From an uncultured delta proteobacterium (GTDB lineage: Bacteria; Myxococcota_A; UBA9160; SZUA-336), in assembly GCA_963704165.1 (NCBI GenBank), contig CAVPHD010000010.1, positions 1 through 64,000 on the forward strand: a stretch of DNA of 64,000 nucleotides, given 5' to 3'. The notes under the pieces were generated by a model. That model did not search any database. It saw only the letters and a program-made list of their open reading frames with translations, and had not been told where the DNA came from. Position 1 is the stretch's first letter; every line of letters begins with the position of its first letter. The position numbers and the translations under genes were made by a program. Shown here piece by piece: positions 35,185 to 45,601 of this stretch.

Positions 35185-36563
35185 CCCGACGGCGACGGCG
35201 CGCGGGGATCGATCTCGGACACGATCCACGGCGTCTTTCCGTTCGCCGAAACCGGCAGCGCCGCGACCTGCTCGACGTCGACTTGCACCTCGGCGCCCAT
35301 CGCGTCGCGAACCGCCCGCTCGATCCGGCTCCGCGCGGCCGCATCGATCGTCTGGCTCGAGCGGAGCTCGATGCGCAGCCGGTCGATGCGGGTCTGGACC
35401 ACGCGGAACTGATGGACCTCCGGGAGCTCGTCGAAGAGGTGCGTGAAGAACAGCGCATGAATCACGCGACCGCTCGGCGTCCGGATCGTGTCGTGCGCGC
35501 GACCGCTCACCGACGCGAGCAACGGCATCGGGCGGCCGCAGTCGCAGGGTTCCTCCGACGGAACGACCAGGTCTCCGACCGAATAGCGCACGAGCGGGGA
35601 GACGTACGAGTTCAGATTGGTGACGACGAGGTTCGCCTGCTCCCCGGGACGAGCCGCGCGGCCTTCGCACAGGAACTCGAAGACCATGGTCTCGTGCGAG
35701 AGGTGCAGTCCCCCGCTCGGACATTCGAATGCGATCACGCCGAGCTCTCCGCAGCCGTACTCGCAGATCGTCGGGCAACCGAGGACCCGCTCGATCAGAC
35801 GCCGCTGTGCCGCGGTCATGCCCTCGCCGGTGTAGATCGCACCGCGCACGCCGAGTCGCGTGCCGTCGAGGCCCTGCTTCTCGAGCCCCTCGCAGAAACG
35901 GAACAGGCCCGACGAGATCGCGCGGAGCACGCGCGGCCGAAAGCGGCGCAGGCGCCGATAGGCGCGCGCAATCGCGGCATCGTCGAGGGTGTAGACGTCG
36001 ATCAGCACGATGTTCTTGAGCCGGTAGGACCAGCGGCGCCGAAGCGCCGCGAGCGCGCCCTGGAGAGCGCCGGTCACGTCGCGCACGCCGCTCCAGATCA
36101 TCGCCTCACGGACACCGAACTCGAACCCCCACCAGCGTCGGCCGCGCGCGAGCGTCGCAAAGGTGTTCGACGCGATCGACTCCCGGTCGAGCCGGAATGC
36201 GAACGGCTCGCCGGTCGCTCCGCTCGTGACCCAGTCGTCCCAGGATCCGGCGCCACGCTCGTCGAGGAAATCCGAGTACGAGCTTCGCAGCGTGCTCTTG
36301 TCCACCACCGGCAATCCCGCGAGATCCTCCACCCCGTTCACGCGCTCCGGATCGAGTCCGATCCGCGCGAACTCGCGGCGATAGAACGGCACGTTCCGTC
36401 CGCAGTGACCGAGCAGCTCGCGGAGGCGCGTGCGCCGGTACGCCTCGACTTCGTCGGGCGTCGCCGCCTCGAGCCGCTCGAGCGTCTCGAGTGCCGGCCG
36501 ATAGTCCCAGCCGCGCGCGCGCTGGATCAGGTCGGCGTAGAACTTGGCGAAACGTTCGTACAT
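35181..36563 (-). CDS. Phenylacetate-CoA-ligase-like (PaaK/CapK) adenylate-forming enzyme
   Basis: VPFYR, LPVVDK, TSGATGEP, EYGCGE, RYSVGD, C.CGR and GK at the C-terminus. Confidence 0.88.
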   Translation of the reverse strand: MYERFAKFYADLIQRARGWDYRPALETLERLEAATPDEVEAYRRTRLRELLGHCGRNVPFYRREFARIGLDPERVNGVEDLAGLPVVDKSTLRSSYSDFLDERGAGSWDDWVTSGATGEPFAFRLDRESIASNTFATLARGRRWWGFEFGVREAMIWSGVRDVTGALQGALAALRRRWSYRLKNIVLIDVYTLDDAAIARAYRRLRRFRPRVLRAISSGLFRFCEGLEKQGLDGTRLGVRGAIYTGEGMTAAQRRLIERVLGCPTICEYGCGELGVIAFECPSGGLHLSHETMVFEFLCEGRAARPGEQANLVVTNLNSYVSPLVRYSVGDLVVPSEEPCDCGRPMPLLASVSGRAHDTIRTPSGRVIHALFFTHLFDELPEVHQFRVVQTRIDRLRIELRSSQTIDAAARSRIERAVRDAMGAEVQVDVEQVAALPVSANGKTPWIVSEIDPRAPSPSG

Positions 36564-36579
36564 GTCTCGAGTCCAGGGA

Positions 36580-37801
36580 TCACGCGCCGTGCGCGCGGCC
36601 CACCACCGAGGCGAAGAGCTTGGCGAGCTTCTCCGCCTCGCGGCGCGCGTCGTGGGCGAGCTGGACCCGCGCACGACCCGCCTGGCCCAGCTCGAGAAGC
36701 CGTTCGGGCGGTGCATCGAGCGCCTCCCGCATCGCACCCACCAGCGCGTCGACGCTTCCCGACGTCACCAGCCAGCCGGTCTCGCCGCTCTCGACGAGCT
36801 CGGGAATTCCCGCGATCTGCGTCGCGATCGCCGGGCGCGCGAGCGCGAACGCCTCCATGATCACGACGGGCAGTCCCTCGCCGAAGCTCGGCAGAACCAG
36901 TCCGCGCGAATCGAGCAGCTCGTCACGGACGTCCTCGCCGGATTTCCAGCCGAGGAAGCGGACGGTCTCGCCGAGCTGGCGCTCGCGAACCATGTCTTCG
37001 AACAAGCCGCGGAGCTCGCCATCGCCGATCAGGCGCACCTCGAAGCAGTGTCCCTCGGCCACGAGCCGCGCGCACGCCTCGACCAGGATCGCGTGCCCCT
37101 TCGAACGGCCGAGCCGGCCGACGCAGACCAGGCGCTTCGCCTCGGGGGGTGTCGCGACCGGGGCGTCGAGGAATTGCTCGTCGACACCGCAGCGGATCAC
37201 GTGGATCTTCTGCCAGTGCTCGGGATGGGACCAGCGGTAGGTCTGGCTGCGCGCGAAGTCGGTGATCGCGGCGACGAAGCTCGCCCGCGCGACCTTTTCG
37301 CCGAGGCTGATCTCCTGCGGACTGTCGAACTCGCCCGGCCCGTGGACGGTGAAGCTGAACGTGAGATCTCCGAGGGCGGCCGCGATCATCGCGACCATCG
37401 TCGCGTTCGTCCCGAAGTGCGCATGCACGTGCGAGACGCCCTGCGCGCTCCATGCTGCGCCAGAGCGCGCAGGCCTCGGCGAAGTACCCGAAGTGGCGCA
37501 CGAGACCTCGATGGGAACCCACCCCCCAACGAGTCGCCTGCCAGAGCGCAGACAGGAATCGCCGCGGCCGGGCCAGCAGCATCGCCACGACGTGCACGAG
37601 CAGGCCCGCGACGCCGCGCTCGAGGAGCGCCTCCGTGAGCTCGAGCTCGCGCCGGTCGGCGGGATCGGGAAGCGGCTCGCGCGCGGGCCGGATCGCCAGT
37701 CGGTGCACGCGGACGCCCGCGCGTTCGAGCCCAGCGATCTCGCGCCGGATGAACGTGTGCGTCGTCAGCGGATATTGGTTCGAGAGGTATGCGACTTTCA
37801 T
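36580..37801 (-). CDS. Glycosyltransferase family 4 (WcaL-like), frameshift near 37440
   Basis: YP..THTFIRREI, HAHF, TVHGPGEF, VGRL..KG and EGLPVVIMEA. Confidence 0.9.
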
Positions 37802-37898
37802 GTCATTTCCGGCCCACGGCCAACGTCGTCCGCGCCTGCCGCGCTTCTCATCGGCAGACGAGACCCCCAGACGAGAGCCTAGCGGAGCACCGGGAAGG

Positions 37899-38912
37899 TC
37901 AGGCCTTGTACTCGATCAGATCCGTACGGCGACCGTACACGTAACGGTTGAGCCCGAAGCGGATCACGCCCAGAAACTCGGCGAATTTTCCGATCACGCA
38001 CGCGGACGCGTAGAGCGACGCCGTCGATCCATCGTAGCCGCGCCGCAACGTCACCGCGCGTGCGCGCAGCCAGGGCCCGAGATACGCGAAGGCGGGCAAG
38101 ATCGCCCATCCCGGAGCGAGCGATCCCAGCGCGAGCGAGAGAGCTGCGGGGCCGATCGACCACGCGACGATCGACGCCAGCGGCCGGACCGCGAGCCCTT
38201 GACCACCGCCGCCATGCATCGAGGCGAGCTCCGCGTACGCGTGTCCGGAGCGCTCGCTTCGGCGCCAGAACTGCGCGAACCGCAACATCGCGGCGTCGTG
38301 CAGCGTCATCTCGCGGTCGATCCTCGCGATCCGATGGCCGCTTTTTCGGATCCGGTGGCAGAGTTCGGGCTCTTCGCCGGCGATCAGCCTCGGATCGAAT
38401 CCGCCCACGCTGCGCAGGACGTCGGCGCGCATCATCGCGTCGCCGCCGCAGCTGCGTGCTTCGCCGATCGGCGTGTCCCATTCGAGGTCGATGATCCGGT
38501 TGTAGCGGCTCGCGTTCGGAAACCGCTCACGGCGCCGGCCGCAGACGACCGAGACTTCGGGACTTCGGTCGAGGAACTCCGTCGCCGTCTCGAGCCAGCC
38601 GGGCTGGACTTCGCAGTCCCCGTCCACGAACTGCACGTAGCGAAGCTCGGGAACGAGGTCGAAGAGCCGATCGAAGCCGGCGTTGCGCGCGCGCGCCGCG
38701 GTGAACGGAATCGAGGTGTCGAGCCCGACGACCTCGGCGCCCGCCTCGCGCGCGGCTTCGACGCTCGCGTCCGTCGAGCCGCTGTCGACATAGACGATTC
38801 GGACGCGAGCGAGTCGCAGGGATGCGAGACAGCGAACCAGGCGCTGTCCTTCGTTGCGTCCGATCACCACCGCGCCGAGCGTGCCCGACGGCGATCGCCC
38901 CGGAGCTTCCAT
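37899..38912 (-). CDS. Glycosyltransferase family 2 with C-terminal TM segments
   Basis: VVIGRNEG, YVDSGSTD, AARARNAG, FVDGD and GEEPEL. Confidence 0.92.
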   Translation of the reverse strand: MEAPGRSPSGTLGAVVIGRNEGQRLVRCLASLRLARVRIVYVDSGSTDASVEAAREAGAEVVGLDTSIPFTAARARNAGFDRLFDLVPELRYVQFVDGDCEVQPGWLETATEFLDRSPEVSVVCGRRRERFPNASRYNRIIDLEWDTPIGEARSCGGDAMMRADVLRSVGGFDPRLIAGEEPELCHRIRKSGHRIARIDREMTLHDAAMLRFAQFWRRSERSGHAYAELASMHGGGGQGLAVRPLASIVAWSIGPAALSLALGSLAPGWAILPAFAYLGPWLRARAVTLRRGYDGSTASLYASACVIGKFAEFLGVIRFGLNRYVYGRRTDLIEYKA

Positions 38913-39093
38913 GCAGCGTTGCGTCACGAGCCCACCCGATCCCGAATCCATGGACGACACCGCGCCGACCCTCGCGGAGAGTATCGGTCACGCCCCGCGA
39001 TTGCCGCAGGGCCGCGCCGTCCCGACCGGGCTCTCGTCGCGTCGGACTCTACGTGGCACACTCCGCCCGGCATTCCGGGAAGTCGGGGGGTAC

Positions 39094-40215
39094 GTGGCGA
39101 TCGAGGTCGTTCCTTACACTGAAGAGTGGATACCCGCGGTCGCCGCTTTCAACCGGCGGATGGCCGCGGCGGGGATGCACTGGACCTGGTACGCGACGCC
39201 CGTCGATCGCTGGCTGCCCACGCGCGGCGACGCGCGAACCTGGCGTGAGCACTACCTGGCGGTCGAGGACGGCACGGACGTCCGCGGTGGGTACGCGCTG
39301 AAGCCGCACGAGTGGTGGATTCGCGGCTCGACGCAGCTCGTGACCGACTGGCAGGGGCCGATCACCGAGGGCGTGTACAGCCGCAGGTACAACACGCTCG
39401 GGCTGCGGCTTCTGCGCGAGATGCTGCGGCAGTATCCGTTGCTCTACAGCTGGGGGCACGGCGGGCTCGAGCAGCCGATGCTGGTGATGCTCGAGAAGCT
39501 CGGCTGGCTGATCCACCGGACACCGTTCTGCCTGCGCGTGCTTCGGCCGTTCCGATTCCTGCGGCGAAACGCGTTCCTCAGGGACTCGCCCGCGCGCCGG
39601 CTCGCGCTCGATCTCGCGGCGTTCTCGGGCGCGGGGAGCATCGGCCTGCGCGCGCTTCACTTCGCGCAGCTCGCGCGGAACCGGCGAAGCGAGGTGGCCC
39701 GAGCCGCGGAGTTCGAGCGGTTCGGAAGCTGGGCGGACGAGCTCTGGATGCGCGTCCGAGACCGGTACACGGCCGTCGCGCTTCGCGACTCCGCGACGAT
39801 GAACCACCTCCTGCCCCACGGCGGTTGGCCCGATGCGCGAAAGCTGCGCATCACGCGCGGCGCGGAGACGCTCGGCTGGGCGGTCGTCATGGACACCGCG
39901 ATGGAGGACGACCGGCGCTTCGGCCGCTTGCGCGTGGGCTCGATCGTCGATGCGCTCGCGCTGCCCTCGGACGCCGAAGCCGTCGTCGGTGCCGCATACC
40001 GCGATCTGCGCGCTCGCGGCGTGGACATCGTGATCTCGAACCAGGCGCACCCCGCCTGGGTTTCGGGATTCGCCGCACACGGATTCGCGATTCTCGAGAA
40101 TCGCCGCGCCTTCGCCGCATCTCCCGAGCTCCAGCGCGTGCTGTCTCCATTCGAGGAGACGCGCCTCGGGCTGCACCTCACGAACATGGACGGCCACGGG
40201 CCGATGCGCCTCTGA
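39094..40215 (+). CDS. Hypothetical protein, probable tandem GNAT/FemAB-like acyltransferase fold
   Basis: Long ORF from a GTG start with typical GC3 coding pattern. The beta-strand/helix pattern (YSRRYNTLGLRLL..LEKLGW) resembles GNAT. Fold assigned by eye only. Confidence 0.5.
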   Translation: MAIEVVPYTEEWIPAVAAFNRRMAAAGMHWTWYATPVDRWLPTRGDARTWREHYLAVEDGTDVRGGYALKPHEWWIRGSTQLVTDWQGPITEGVYSRRYNTLGLRLLREMLRQYPLLYSWGHGGLEQPMLVMLEKLGWLIHRTPFCLRVLRPFRFLRRNAFLRDSPARRLALDLAAFSGAGSIGLRALHFAQLARNRRSEVARAAEFERFGSWADELWMRVRDRYTAVALRDSATMNHLLPHGGWPDARKLRITRGAETLGWAVVMDTAMEDDRRFGRLRVGSIVDALALPSDAEAVVGAAYRDLRARGVDIVISNQAHPAWVSGFAAHGFAILENRRAFAASPELQRVLSPFEETRLGLHLTNMDGHGPMRL

Positions 40216-40361
40216 TGCGCGTTCCCTGCCGGTCACTGGCCGGCGGCCCTGCCGGGACTCAAGTGGCGTCCGAACCCCCTCGATGAGGAAGCCGGGTTCA
40301 GCACCGGCCCCGGATGGGCTATTGTGGAGCCCGTTCGGGCGTTCTCGTCCCCCACGAATCC

Positions 40362-40377
40362 CGGAACACGCATTGCA
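40362..40377 (+). promoter_or_regulatory. Putative sigma54 promoter of the diiron oxygenase-ACP-SGNH operon
   Basis: CGGAAC-ACGCA-TTGCA with GG-N10-GC spacing, about 45 nt upstream of the ATG at 40422. Confidence 0.45.
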
Positions 40378-40421
40378 TGCTCCCCCGCACGCGAGGGAAG
40401 CACCCACCGATGAGGGACACC

Positions 40422-41282
40422 ATGGAAACCGCGACTGAACTCGCCGTTCGCCTCTCCAAGGCGAGCCGAAAGAAGTTCTACAACGTCTATACCGCCTTCG
40501 ACTGGCCCGAGTCCCTGGACGACTCGCGCTGGTGCATGCCGCCGGAGCTGATCTCCCTGTATGGGACGCCCGCCTGGGAGAAGCTCGACGACGCGCAGCG
40601 GCACCGGCTCTCGCTCCACGAGATGGCGAACCTCTTCAGCCTGACCGGCCAGGGCGAGGGCCCGCTGGTGCAGGGTCTGATCAGCCAGATGTACCCCCAC
40701 AACGACGCCGACATCACCGGCTACCTGCACCACTTCCTCGACGAAGAGAACAAGCACATGGTGATGTTCGCGGAGTTCTGCCAGCGCTACATCGGCAAGG
40801 TCTACCTGTACAAGAAGCTCGCCCTGCCCCGGGAGTACGAGAAGGGTGAAGAGGACGTGGGCTTCTTCATCAAGGCGCTGACCGTCGAGGAGATCGGCGA
40901 CTACTACAACGTTCTGGCCGGCAAGGACGAGCGTGTGCACCCGATCGTGCGCGACGTGAACAACCTGCACCACAGCGACGAGGCGCGGCACATCGTCTTC
41001 GGCCGCGAGGTGCTGCGAAGCACGTTCGCGGAGCACTCGCCGAAGTGGTCGAAGGAGACGCTCGAAGGCGTGCGCGAGTGGATCGCGAACTACCTGCGCT
41101 CCTCCTGGGCGGACTTCTACAATCCGTCGGTCTACCGCGACGCCGGCGTTCCCGACGGATACGCCGCGCGCGAGTTCGCGCTCGGCTCCGAAGTCTGCCG
41201 TGAGCACCGAAAGCGCGCGTCGGAGAAGCTGGTCTCGTTCCTCCTCGAGGCCGGCATTCTCGAGGTCGAGCCCGTCCTCTGA
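40422..41282 (+). CDS. AurF-family ferritin-like diiron oxygenase (N-oxygenase-like)
   Basis: PELISLYGTPAWEKL, GE, DEENKH, EEIGD and H.SDEARH form a diiron ligand set. Confidence 0.85.
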   Translation: METATELAVRLSKASRKKFYNVYTAFDWPESLDDSRWCMPPELISLYGTPAWEKLDDAQRHRLSLHEMANLFSLTGQGEGPLVQGLISQMYPHNDADITGYLHHFLDEENKHMVMFAEFCQRYIGKVYLYKKLALPREYEKGEEDVGFFIKALTVEEIGDYYNVLAGKDERVHPIVRDVNNLHHSDEARHIVFGREVLRSTFAEHSPKWSKETLEGVREWIANYLRSSWADFYNPSVYRDAGVPDGYAAREFALGSEVCREHRKRASEKLVSFLLEAGILEVEPVL

Positions 41283-41536
41283 TGCTCGAGTCCGAAGTTC
41301 GCGAGCAGCTCCGCGCCTGGATCCTCCGGCGTTCGCAGTCCAAGGCGACGACCGAGCTCAAGGACGACACGCCGATCCTCGAATCCGGCCTGTTGTCCTC
41401 GCTCGACGTCGTCGAGCTGATCCTCTTCATCGAGAACCTGAAGGGCGCCGAGGTCGACGTCGACGACATCGAGCCGGAAGTCCTGACGAACGTGAACACG
41501 ATCTACGAGGGATTCTTCCGCGGGGAAGCCGCGTAG
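41282..41536 (+). CDS. Stand-alone acyl/aminoacyl carrier protein (DltC-like)
   Basis: 84-aa acidic protein, DDTPILESGLLSSLDVVELILFIE, translationally coupled to the oxygenase (TGATG). Confidence 0.85.
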   Translation: MLESEVREQLRAWILRRSQSKATTELKDDTPILESGLLSSLDVVELILFIENLKGAEVDVDDIEPEVLTNVNTIYEGFFRGEAA

Positions 41537-41564
41537 CGTCTCGAGCGCGGCGGGGAGCGATGTC

Positions 41565-42626
41565 GTGAGCTTGCGATCGACCCTCCGATCCGCGCTGGTT
41601 CGGTCCGCCGCCGTCGGTCTCGGACTCGGCATCGGCCTGGTCGCGGCGGAGCTCGCGCTGCGCATCGTCGCGCCGCAGGAGAAATCCTGGCTCGACATCT
41701 ATCGCGTCGATCCGGTGCTGCCCCTCGTCTCGCTCGCCCCGAACGTCTCGACGACGGTCGAGACCGGCGAGAGCCGCTGGCACGTCCAGACGGACGCGGG
41801 CGGCCATCGCGTCGGCCGCGCGGGGCCCGCGGATCCCTCGGGCCGGTCGCTGCTCGTGCTCGGTGACTCGTTCGCGTTCGGGCACGGCGTCGACTTCGAG
41901 GAATCGTTTCCGGCGCTGGTCACCCAAGAGCTCGACGGTGGATTCCGACTCGTCAACACGGGCGTGCCGGGATTCGGTCCGGTCCAGTACCGCCAGATCC
42001 TCGAGTCGATGCTCGAATCGGGCGAGCGCCCGTCGGCGATCCTGCTGAGTCTCTATCTCGGCAACGACTTCCTCGACTGCATCTGGAACAAGCGCGTGCA
42101 GGTCGTCGACGGAACCATGGTCGAGGAGTCGGGTCGGCTTCGGACCTGGCTGAAATTCAACCTCCACGCGTACCGCCTGGCGAGCAAGGTCTATCAGCGC
42201 GCGCTCGCATGGAGCCGACCGGGCCGGAACCCCGAAGAAGCGCTCTTCGATCCCGAGGCCTGGCGAAGCGGCGATCCCGCGCGGGCGTTCGAGATCTTCA
42301 GGACGGAGCTCGCCCGGATCGGCGAGCTCGCGCGCGCAGCCGGAGTTCCGATTCTCGCGGTGGTGATTCCGAAGGAGACGTCGCTCTTGCACGCCTCGGC
42401 ACCCGCGAACGCGGAGCTCGACTACGGTCTGCCGCTCGCGAAGGCCACGCAGGCGCTCGACGCCTCGGACATTCCGTACGTCGATCTGACCGAGGCGCTG
42501 CGAATGCTCGGCGCCCGCGAGGCGTACTTCGCGCGCGACGGCCATCTGACGCGGCCCGGCAACCGCGAAGCCGCCGCCGAGATCGTCCGCGCCCTGAGCG
42601 CGCTGCTCGCCGCGCCGGCGAGCTAG
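41565..42626 (+). CDS. Membrane-anchored SGNH/AlgX-like protein
   Basis: N-terminal TM, LGDSFAFG, NTGVPGFG, YLGND and DGHL. Confidence 0.85.
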   Translation: MSLRSTLRSALVRSAAVGLGLGIGLVAAELALRIVAPQEKSWLDIYRVDPVLPLVSLAPNVSTTVETGESRWHVQTDAGGHRVGRAGPADPSGRSLLVLGDSFAFGHGVDFEESFPALVTQELDGGFRLVNTGVPGFGPVQYRQILESMLESGERPSAILLSLYLGNDFLDCIWNKRVQVVDGTMVEESGRLRTWLKFNLHAYRLASKVYQRALAWSRPGRNPEEALFDPEAWRSGDPARAFEIFRTELARIGELARAAGVPILAVVIPKETSLLHASAPANAELDYGLPLAKATQALDASDIPYVDLTEALRMLGAREAYFARDGHLTRPGNREAAAEIVRALSALLAAPAS

Positions 42627-43804
42627 AAGAGCTGCCGCTCGAGCTCGCTCGCGATCGTCCGCGCGATGACTCGCGCTCCGTTCTCGTTGAAGTGGATCCC
42701 GTCGTAGTAGAGATCCTCGCGCTCTCCGAGCAGCGCGGGGAGGTCGATGAACGCGACCTTCTCGCGGCTCGCGACCTCGCGCATCCGGTCGTTGAACTTC
42801 GCGAGCAGCGAGAGCATGTCGTCGGGGCTGAGATAGGACGTGCCGCCGTCCATCGCGCCCATCCAGAGCTTGTCGAGATCCGCGTCCTTCGAGAAACGGC
42901 TCTGGATCAGCTGGGCCACGAAGACGGGCTCGGTATTCGCGCGCCGCGCGGCCGCGATGAAACGCTCGAGATTCGCACCGTACGCGTCGAGCGCGAGCGG
43001 CAGGGTCTCGAGCTTCGCGTTCGGAACCTGCTTCTTCTCGATCGCCGCGCGCTTGGCGCGTTGGTCCTCCATCCAGCGGAGTTCCGCGTCCTGCTCGATC
43101 CGCCCTTCCTCGCGTTGCCTCGCGATCAGCAGCGACTTCACCCTGCTCTTCAGCGCGCTCGCGCGCTTCCACGTTTCGAGGCGCTTGTACCAGGGCCAGT
43201 GATCCGGTGTGTACCGACTCACTCGAAATGCCTCACCGAGCCGCCCTTCCCAATGACTCGGGTCGTCCAGGTACTTCGGATCGAAGCTCTCCGCGTAGAG
43301 CCAGGCTCCCATGTCGTTCAGGCCGGAATAGAGCAGCACGTAGTCGAGGTCCGGGATCTCCGGAAGCAGGTAGAGCGCGTGCATCAGATGGTGCTGGCTG
43401 TTGTGCCCGTCGATCGCGGCATTGCCGACCCAGTACGCCTTGGGATCGTTCGCGTCCTCGTCGAGGTAGCGCATCAGCAGCGCGGGCCAGGTCTCGGCGT
43501 CGTCGAGCACCGTGCAGGCGGTCGTGCTCCCACCCACCGTCAGGATTCGCACCCGCTCGCCGTCCGGCTCCGGCCCGCGCGTGCCGAAGCTGTTCGTCGA
43601 GAAGTAGGAGACACCGGAGACCCCCGGAGTGATCGCCTCCGATGGGTGGAAGACCTCGAGCGCGTTGCGGTGGTAGGGATAGAAGCTCTGGGGGTCCCGC
43701 AGCCACCGGAGGGCGCCCTCGAGAGCCACGAAGCAGAGCAGGCTCGAGACGACGAGCAGGGCCAGCGACAGAAGACCGGAAGCGAGTCGCGACCGCCCGG
43801 TCAC
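42623..43804 (-). CDS. Membrane-anchored SGNH/GDSL-family protein
   Basis: GTG start overlaps the upstream stop. TM, NSFGTRG, GGSTT, GLND and YDGIHFN. Confidence 0.85.
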   Translation of the reverse strand: MTGRSRLASGLLSLALLVVSSLLCFVALEGALRWLRDPQSFYPYHRNALEVFHPSEAITPGVSGVSYFSTNSFGTRGPEPDGERVRILTVGGSTTACTVLDDAETWPALLMRYLDEDANDPKAYWVGNAAIDGHNSQHHLMHALYLLPEIPDLDYVLLYSGLNDMGAWLYAESFDPKYLDDPSHWEGRLGEAFRVSRYTPDHWPWYKRLETWKRASALKSRVKSLLIARQREEGRIEQDAELRWMEDQRAKRAAIEKKQVPNAKLETLPLALDAYGANLERFIAAARRANTEPVFVAQLIQSRFSKDADLDKLWMGAMDGGTSYLSPDDMLSLLAKFNDRMREVASREKVAFIDLPALLGEREDLYYDGIHFNENGARVIARTIASELERQLF

Positions 43805-45426
43805 GAAGAGGACTCCGACGCGAGCGTCGCGAGCAGCGCGCCGCGATCGATCTTTCCGTTCGCGTTCAGCGGGAACACCGAGACGAGGCGTAGCTCGCGG
43901 GGCACCATGTAGCTCGGCAGCCGGGCCTTCAGCCGTTCGAGGATCGGATCGAGGTCGAGTTCGTCGGCGCCGAGAAATGCGACCACGCCGTCGGCGCCGC
44001 CGGCGTTTCGCGGCCAACCGACCGCGATCGCCGCATCGATTCCCGCCTCTTCGCGCAAGGCGGCCTCGATCTCGCCGAGCTCGACGCGATAGCCCTGGAT
44101 CTTGATCTGGTTGTCGATGCGCCCGAGGTAGACGAGCGGCTCGTCGCGATTCGGACGTCGCACGCGATCGCCGGTGCGGTAGAAGACCCGGTCACGGCCC
44201 GGAGGAACGACGAAGGCGGCCCGCGTGCGCTCGGCATCGTGCCAGTAGCCGAGCGAGAGCTGGGGGCCGGTCATGAGCAGCTCGCCGATCTCGCCCGGCG
44301 CGACCTCGACCTGCGACTCGTCGGCGACGAGCACCTCCATCTCCGGAAACGGCGCTCCGATCGGTACCACGCCCTGCTCGCACTCTCCGGGCGAGCGATC
44401 GGCGTCCCAGCGGTAGAGCGTGCACGCGATCGTCAGCTCGGTCGGTCCGTACAGGTTCTCGACGATCGAATTCGGCGCGGCACCGGCCCAGGCACGCGCG
44501 ACCTCGATCGGCAGCGCCTCGCCGCAGAAGAGGCTCACGCGCAGGTTCGGGAACGCGTCGGGCTTCAGCTTGCGGAGCTTGGCGAGCAGCATCCCCGTGG
44601 ACGGCACCGAGAACCAGATCGTGAGCCGCGATTCGTTGATGAACGATGCCGGCACGAGCTTCGTCTTCTGCGACGGAACGCAGACGCACGCGCCGCGTTG
44701 CCACGCGACGAAAATGTCGAAGGCCGAGAGGTCGAAGGTCAGGTCGAACATCTGCGAGAACCGATCGCTCTCGCGAACTCCGTACCGCTCCACCATCGCG
44801 TCCACCACGTGACCGACGTTGGCTTGCGACACCATCACGCCCTTGGGGTCGCCCGTGCTACCCGACGTGAAGAGCAGGTAGGCGAGCGCATCCGCGGACA
44901 CGGCCCGCGGCACGAAGGCCGGGAGCGCGTCGTCCGAACGGACGATCTCGAAGCGGTGCATCGGCCAGCGCGCGCGGAGCTCGGCCGCGGGCGACGCCGC
45001 AGGCAGGACGAGCACGAGCGGCCGTGACACGTTCGCGAGCACCGCCTCGAGCTCGCTCATGGCGTTCCCATCGACGATCACGTCGCGGCAGCCGGAGCGC
45101 TCGAGCATCCGCGCGCTGCGTTCGGCGGGAAAGGCGGGATTGAGCGGCACGTAGCCGTGCCCGCGAAGCAGCGCGGCCAGGATGCCGGCGAAGGCCAGCT
45201 CCGATCGGTGCCCGAAGACGGCGGTCAGCGGCGGATCGGAGCTCGCGGAGATCTCCTCGAGCATCCCGGCCAGGTTCGACGCCGTGCGGTACAGGCCCGC
45301 GTAGCTGAGCTCTCGCCCGTCGATCTCGAGCGCGGGCCGCTCACCGTGGCGCTCGAACGCGTCCACGAACCTCGATGCCAGGCCGCGCATCACGACACCG
45401 GCGCCGACGACGGCCTTTCGCGCCAC
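43801..45426 (-). CDS. Stand-alone amino acid adenylation enzyme, DltA (D-alanine--carrier protein ligase)-like; start may be the ATG at 45390
   Basis: FTSGSTGDPKG, FDLS, WFSVPS, SLFCGE, NLYGPTE, YRTGD, QIKIQGYRVELGEIE and NANGKIDR. No T domain. Confidence 0.9.
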   Translation of the reverse strand: MARKAVVGAGVVMRGLASRFVDAFERHGERPALEIDGRELSYAGLYRTASNLAGMLEEISASSDPPLTAVFGHRSELAFAGILAALLRGHGYVPLNPAFPAERSARMLERSGCRDVIVDGNAMSELEAVLANVSRPLVLVLPAASPAAELRARWPMHRFEIVRSDDALPAFVPRAVSADALAYLLFTSGSTGDPKGVMVSQANVGHVVDAMVERYGVRESDRFSQMFDLTFDLSAFDIFVAWQRGACVCVPSQKTKLVPASFINESRLTIWFSVPSTGMLLAKLRKLKPDAFPNLRVSLFCGEALPIEVARAWAGAAPNSIVENLYGPTELTIACTLYRWDADRSPGECEQGVVPIGAPFPEMEVLVADESQVEVAPGEIGELLMTGPQLSLGYWHDAERTRAAFVVPPGRDRVFYRTGDRVRRPNRDEPLVYLGRIDNQIKIQGYRVELGEIEAALREEAGIDAAIAVGWPRNAGGADGVVAFLGADELDLDPILERLKARLPSYMVPRELRLVSVFPLNANGKIDRGALLATLASESSS

Positions 45427-45601
45427 GATCGATCCCGAATCCCGTCACGCTCGATCATTTTCTCTCCCGAACCCTCGTGCGCGGGCGCACGTTCATGTAC
45501 CCGATCTGCGGTACATCGACCACAGCGGGTGCGCGCGAAAGACGATGGTAGGATCGTCAGCCATTCCGGAGTGAAGGCCGAGCGAGAGGCGGGCGATCGC
45601 G

